NCBI GenBank assembly: GCA_964016885.1
Contig: OZ024740.1
Coordinates: 47,802,001-47,866,000 of the forward strand
Reading direction: 5' to 3'
Source of the DNA: Eledone cirrhosa
Lineage: Eukaryota
DNA length: 64,000 bases
Shown in pieces: positions 62,895 through 64,000 of this stretch. Made by a program: the position numbers and the translations under genes. Position 1 is the first letter of the stretch. Each line of letters opens with the position of its first letter. A model generated the notes under the pieces. It did no database searches. It saw only the letters and a program-made list of their open reading frames with translations, and was not told the origin of the DNA.

Positions 62895-62930
<36 letters not shown>

Positions 62931-63149
62931 ACACACACACACATATATATATATAGAGAGAGAGAGAGTGAGAGAGACAGATAGAGTAAGTAGAATCGAA
63001 GTCAGTGTTGTAGTATATGTACAAACTAATTTACATATTACAATTGTTTCGATATCGGTCAGTACAGGACACAATCAAAATGATGAGGTCCGACTCTTCT
63101 TCGACATCTCCTCATATATGTGTCTTTATATGTGCAAAGACACATCTAA

Positions 63150-63340
63150 ACTTGTTTCCACATTTTGGCACAAGGCCAGCAATTATCCCAGTACATTACT
63201 GGTGCTTTATCTTATCGACCCGTAAGGATGAAAGGCAAAGTTAACCTCGGCGAGATTTGAACTCAGAACTTAAAGGGCCATAACTCTATGCTGGAAACCA
63301 TAGTGTCTGACGCTCGCTCTACCGATACTGCTATTCCACC
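63150..63340 (-). mobile_element. tRNA/Nin-type SINE
   Basis: Family match. Confidence 0.88.
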
Positions 63341-63399
63341 AACATCAACGTTAAGAAAACCACCAACATACAACAATGGAATTACAGCATTACTATAAT

Positions 63400-64000
63400 C
63401 AAGAACAAAAGATGATGCCAACTTACACAGTTTGAAATTGTTGAGTTTTACCAGCCAATTTCTTAAAATTCTTACTAATGTACTGGAGTTGGGAAATATA
63501 TACTACACCTTCAATAACAACGCCATCGAAATTATTATACACGCTAAAAGATCTCTGATGATTTTCATAACGACCTTCTCTAAATGAAAGACATCAATTA
63601 TCTTTTTTATATCAGCATATCAGTTAAGACAGAGTTGAAATATGTGAGCTCGATAGATCACACACCCTATATATCTCTAAAGCAAAGCTCAAAACATTAG
63701 ATGCTGGATTGAAGATGAACTTGTTTTGAATTCCACATATATCTATAAATCAGATAAGATGTAGCACATTCAAGGCGTGTGGTCTTAGTATTTCAGTAAC
63801 AACCAACATAAGCAGAGTTAACTTCTTAGACGTTACATCATACCGAGAGACAGATAGATGTCCACCGTATAGAGATCTGAACGAAAAGATTATGAACATT
63901 GATAAGGATTCTAAACACCTACTATATTTAAAAATTTAATTACAAATATAGATAAAGGTGTATATAATATATCGTCGCTCAAGGAAAACTTAGATAAAGC
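63400..64000 (+). pseudogene. Highly decayed Naiad-type PLE RT fragment
   Basis: QFEIVEFY, IEIIIHAKRSL, ICEL, TNISRVNFLDVT, SKH remnants. Confidence 0.7.

Overview
AT-rich, microsatellite-rich animal DNA made almost entirely of transposable elements. The SINE types and repeat make-up suggest an octopus or other cephalopod, which is an inference. No host protein-coding gene can be called with confidence. Recognisable content: several RTE LINEs with (GAT)n tails and a PHD-like finger inside the RT, R4/Dong-clade and CRE-clade REL retroelements, a CR1 3' end, a Tx1/L1 fragment, Naiad-type Penelope-like elements (PLEs) carrying three hammerhead ribozyme families, Helitrons, mariner, pogo and hAT elements and MITEs, about 18 copies of a tRNA/Nin-type SINE, and two minisatellites. 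The most striking structure lies at about 32.1-53.2 kb. There an R4/Dong-like element (always minus strand) alternates with a C2H2-finger RTE family and its ~600 bp bipartite non-autonomous derivative (always plus strand), and nearly every junction is a (TATG)n array. The derivative's 5' end folds like a twister ribozyme that is truncated at about its cleavage site. Other notable features are an intact minimal hammerhead, serial SINE re-insertion into one target site, a head-to-tail Helitron pair, a locally templated insertion and two inverted duplications. Boundaries were read by eye and may be off by a few bases.
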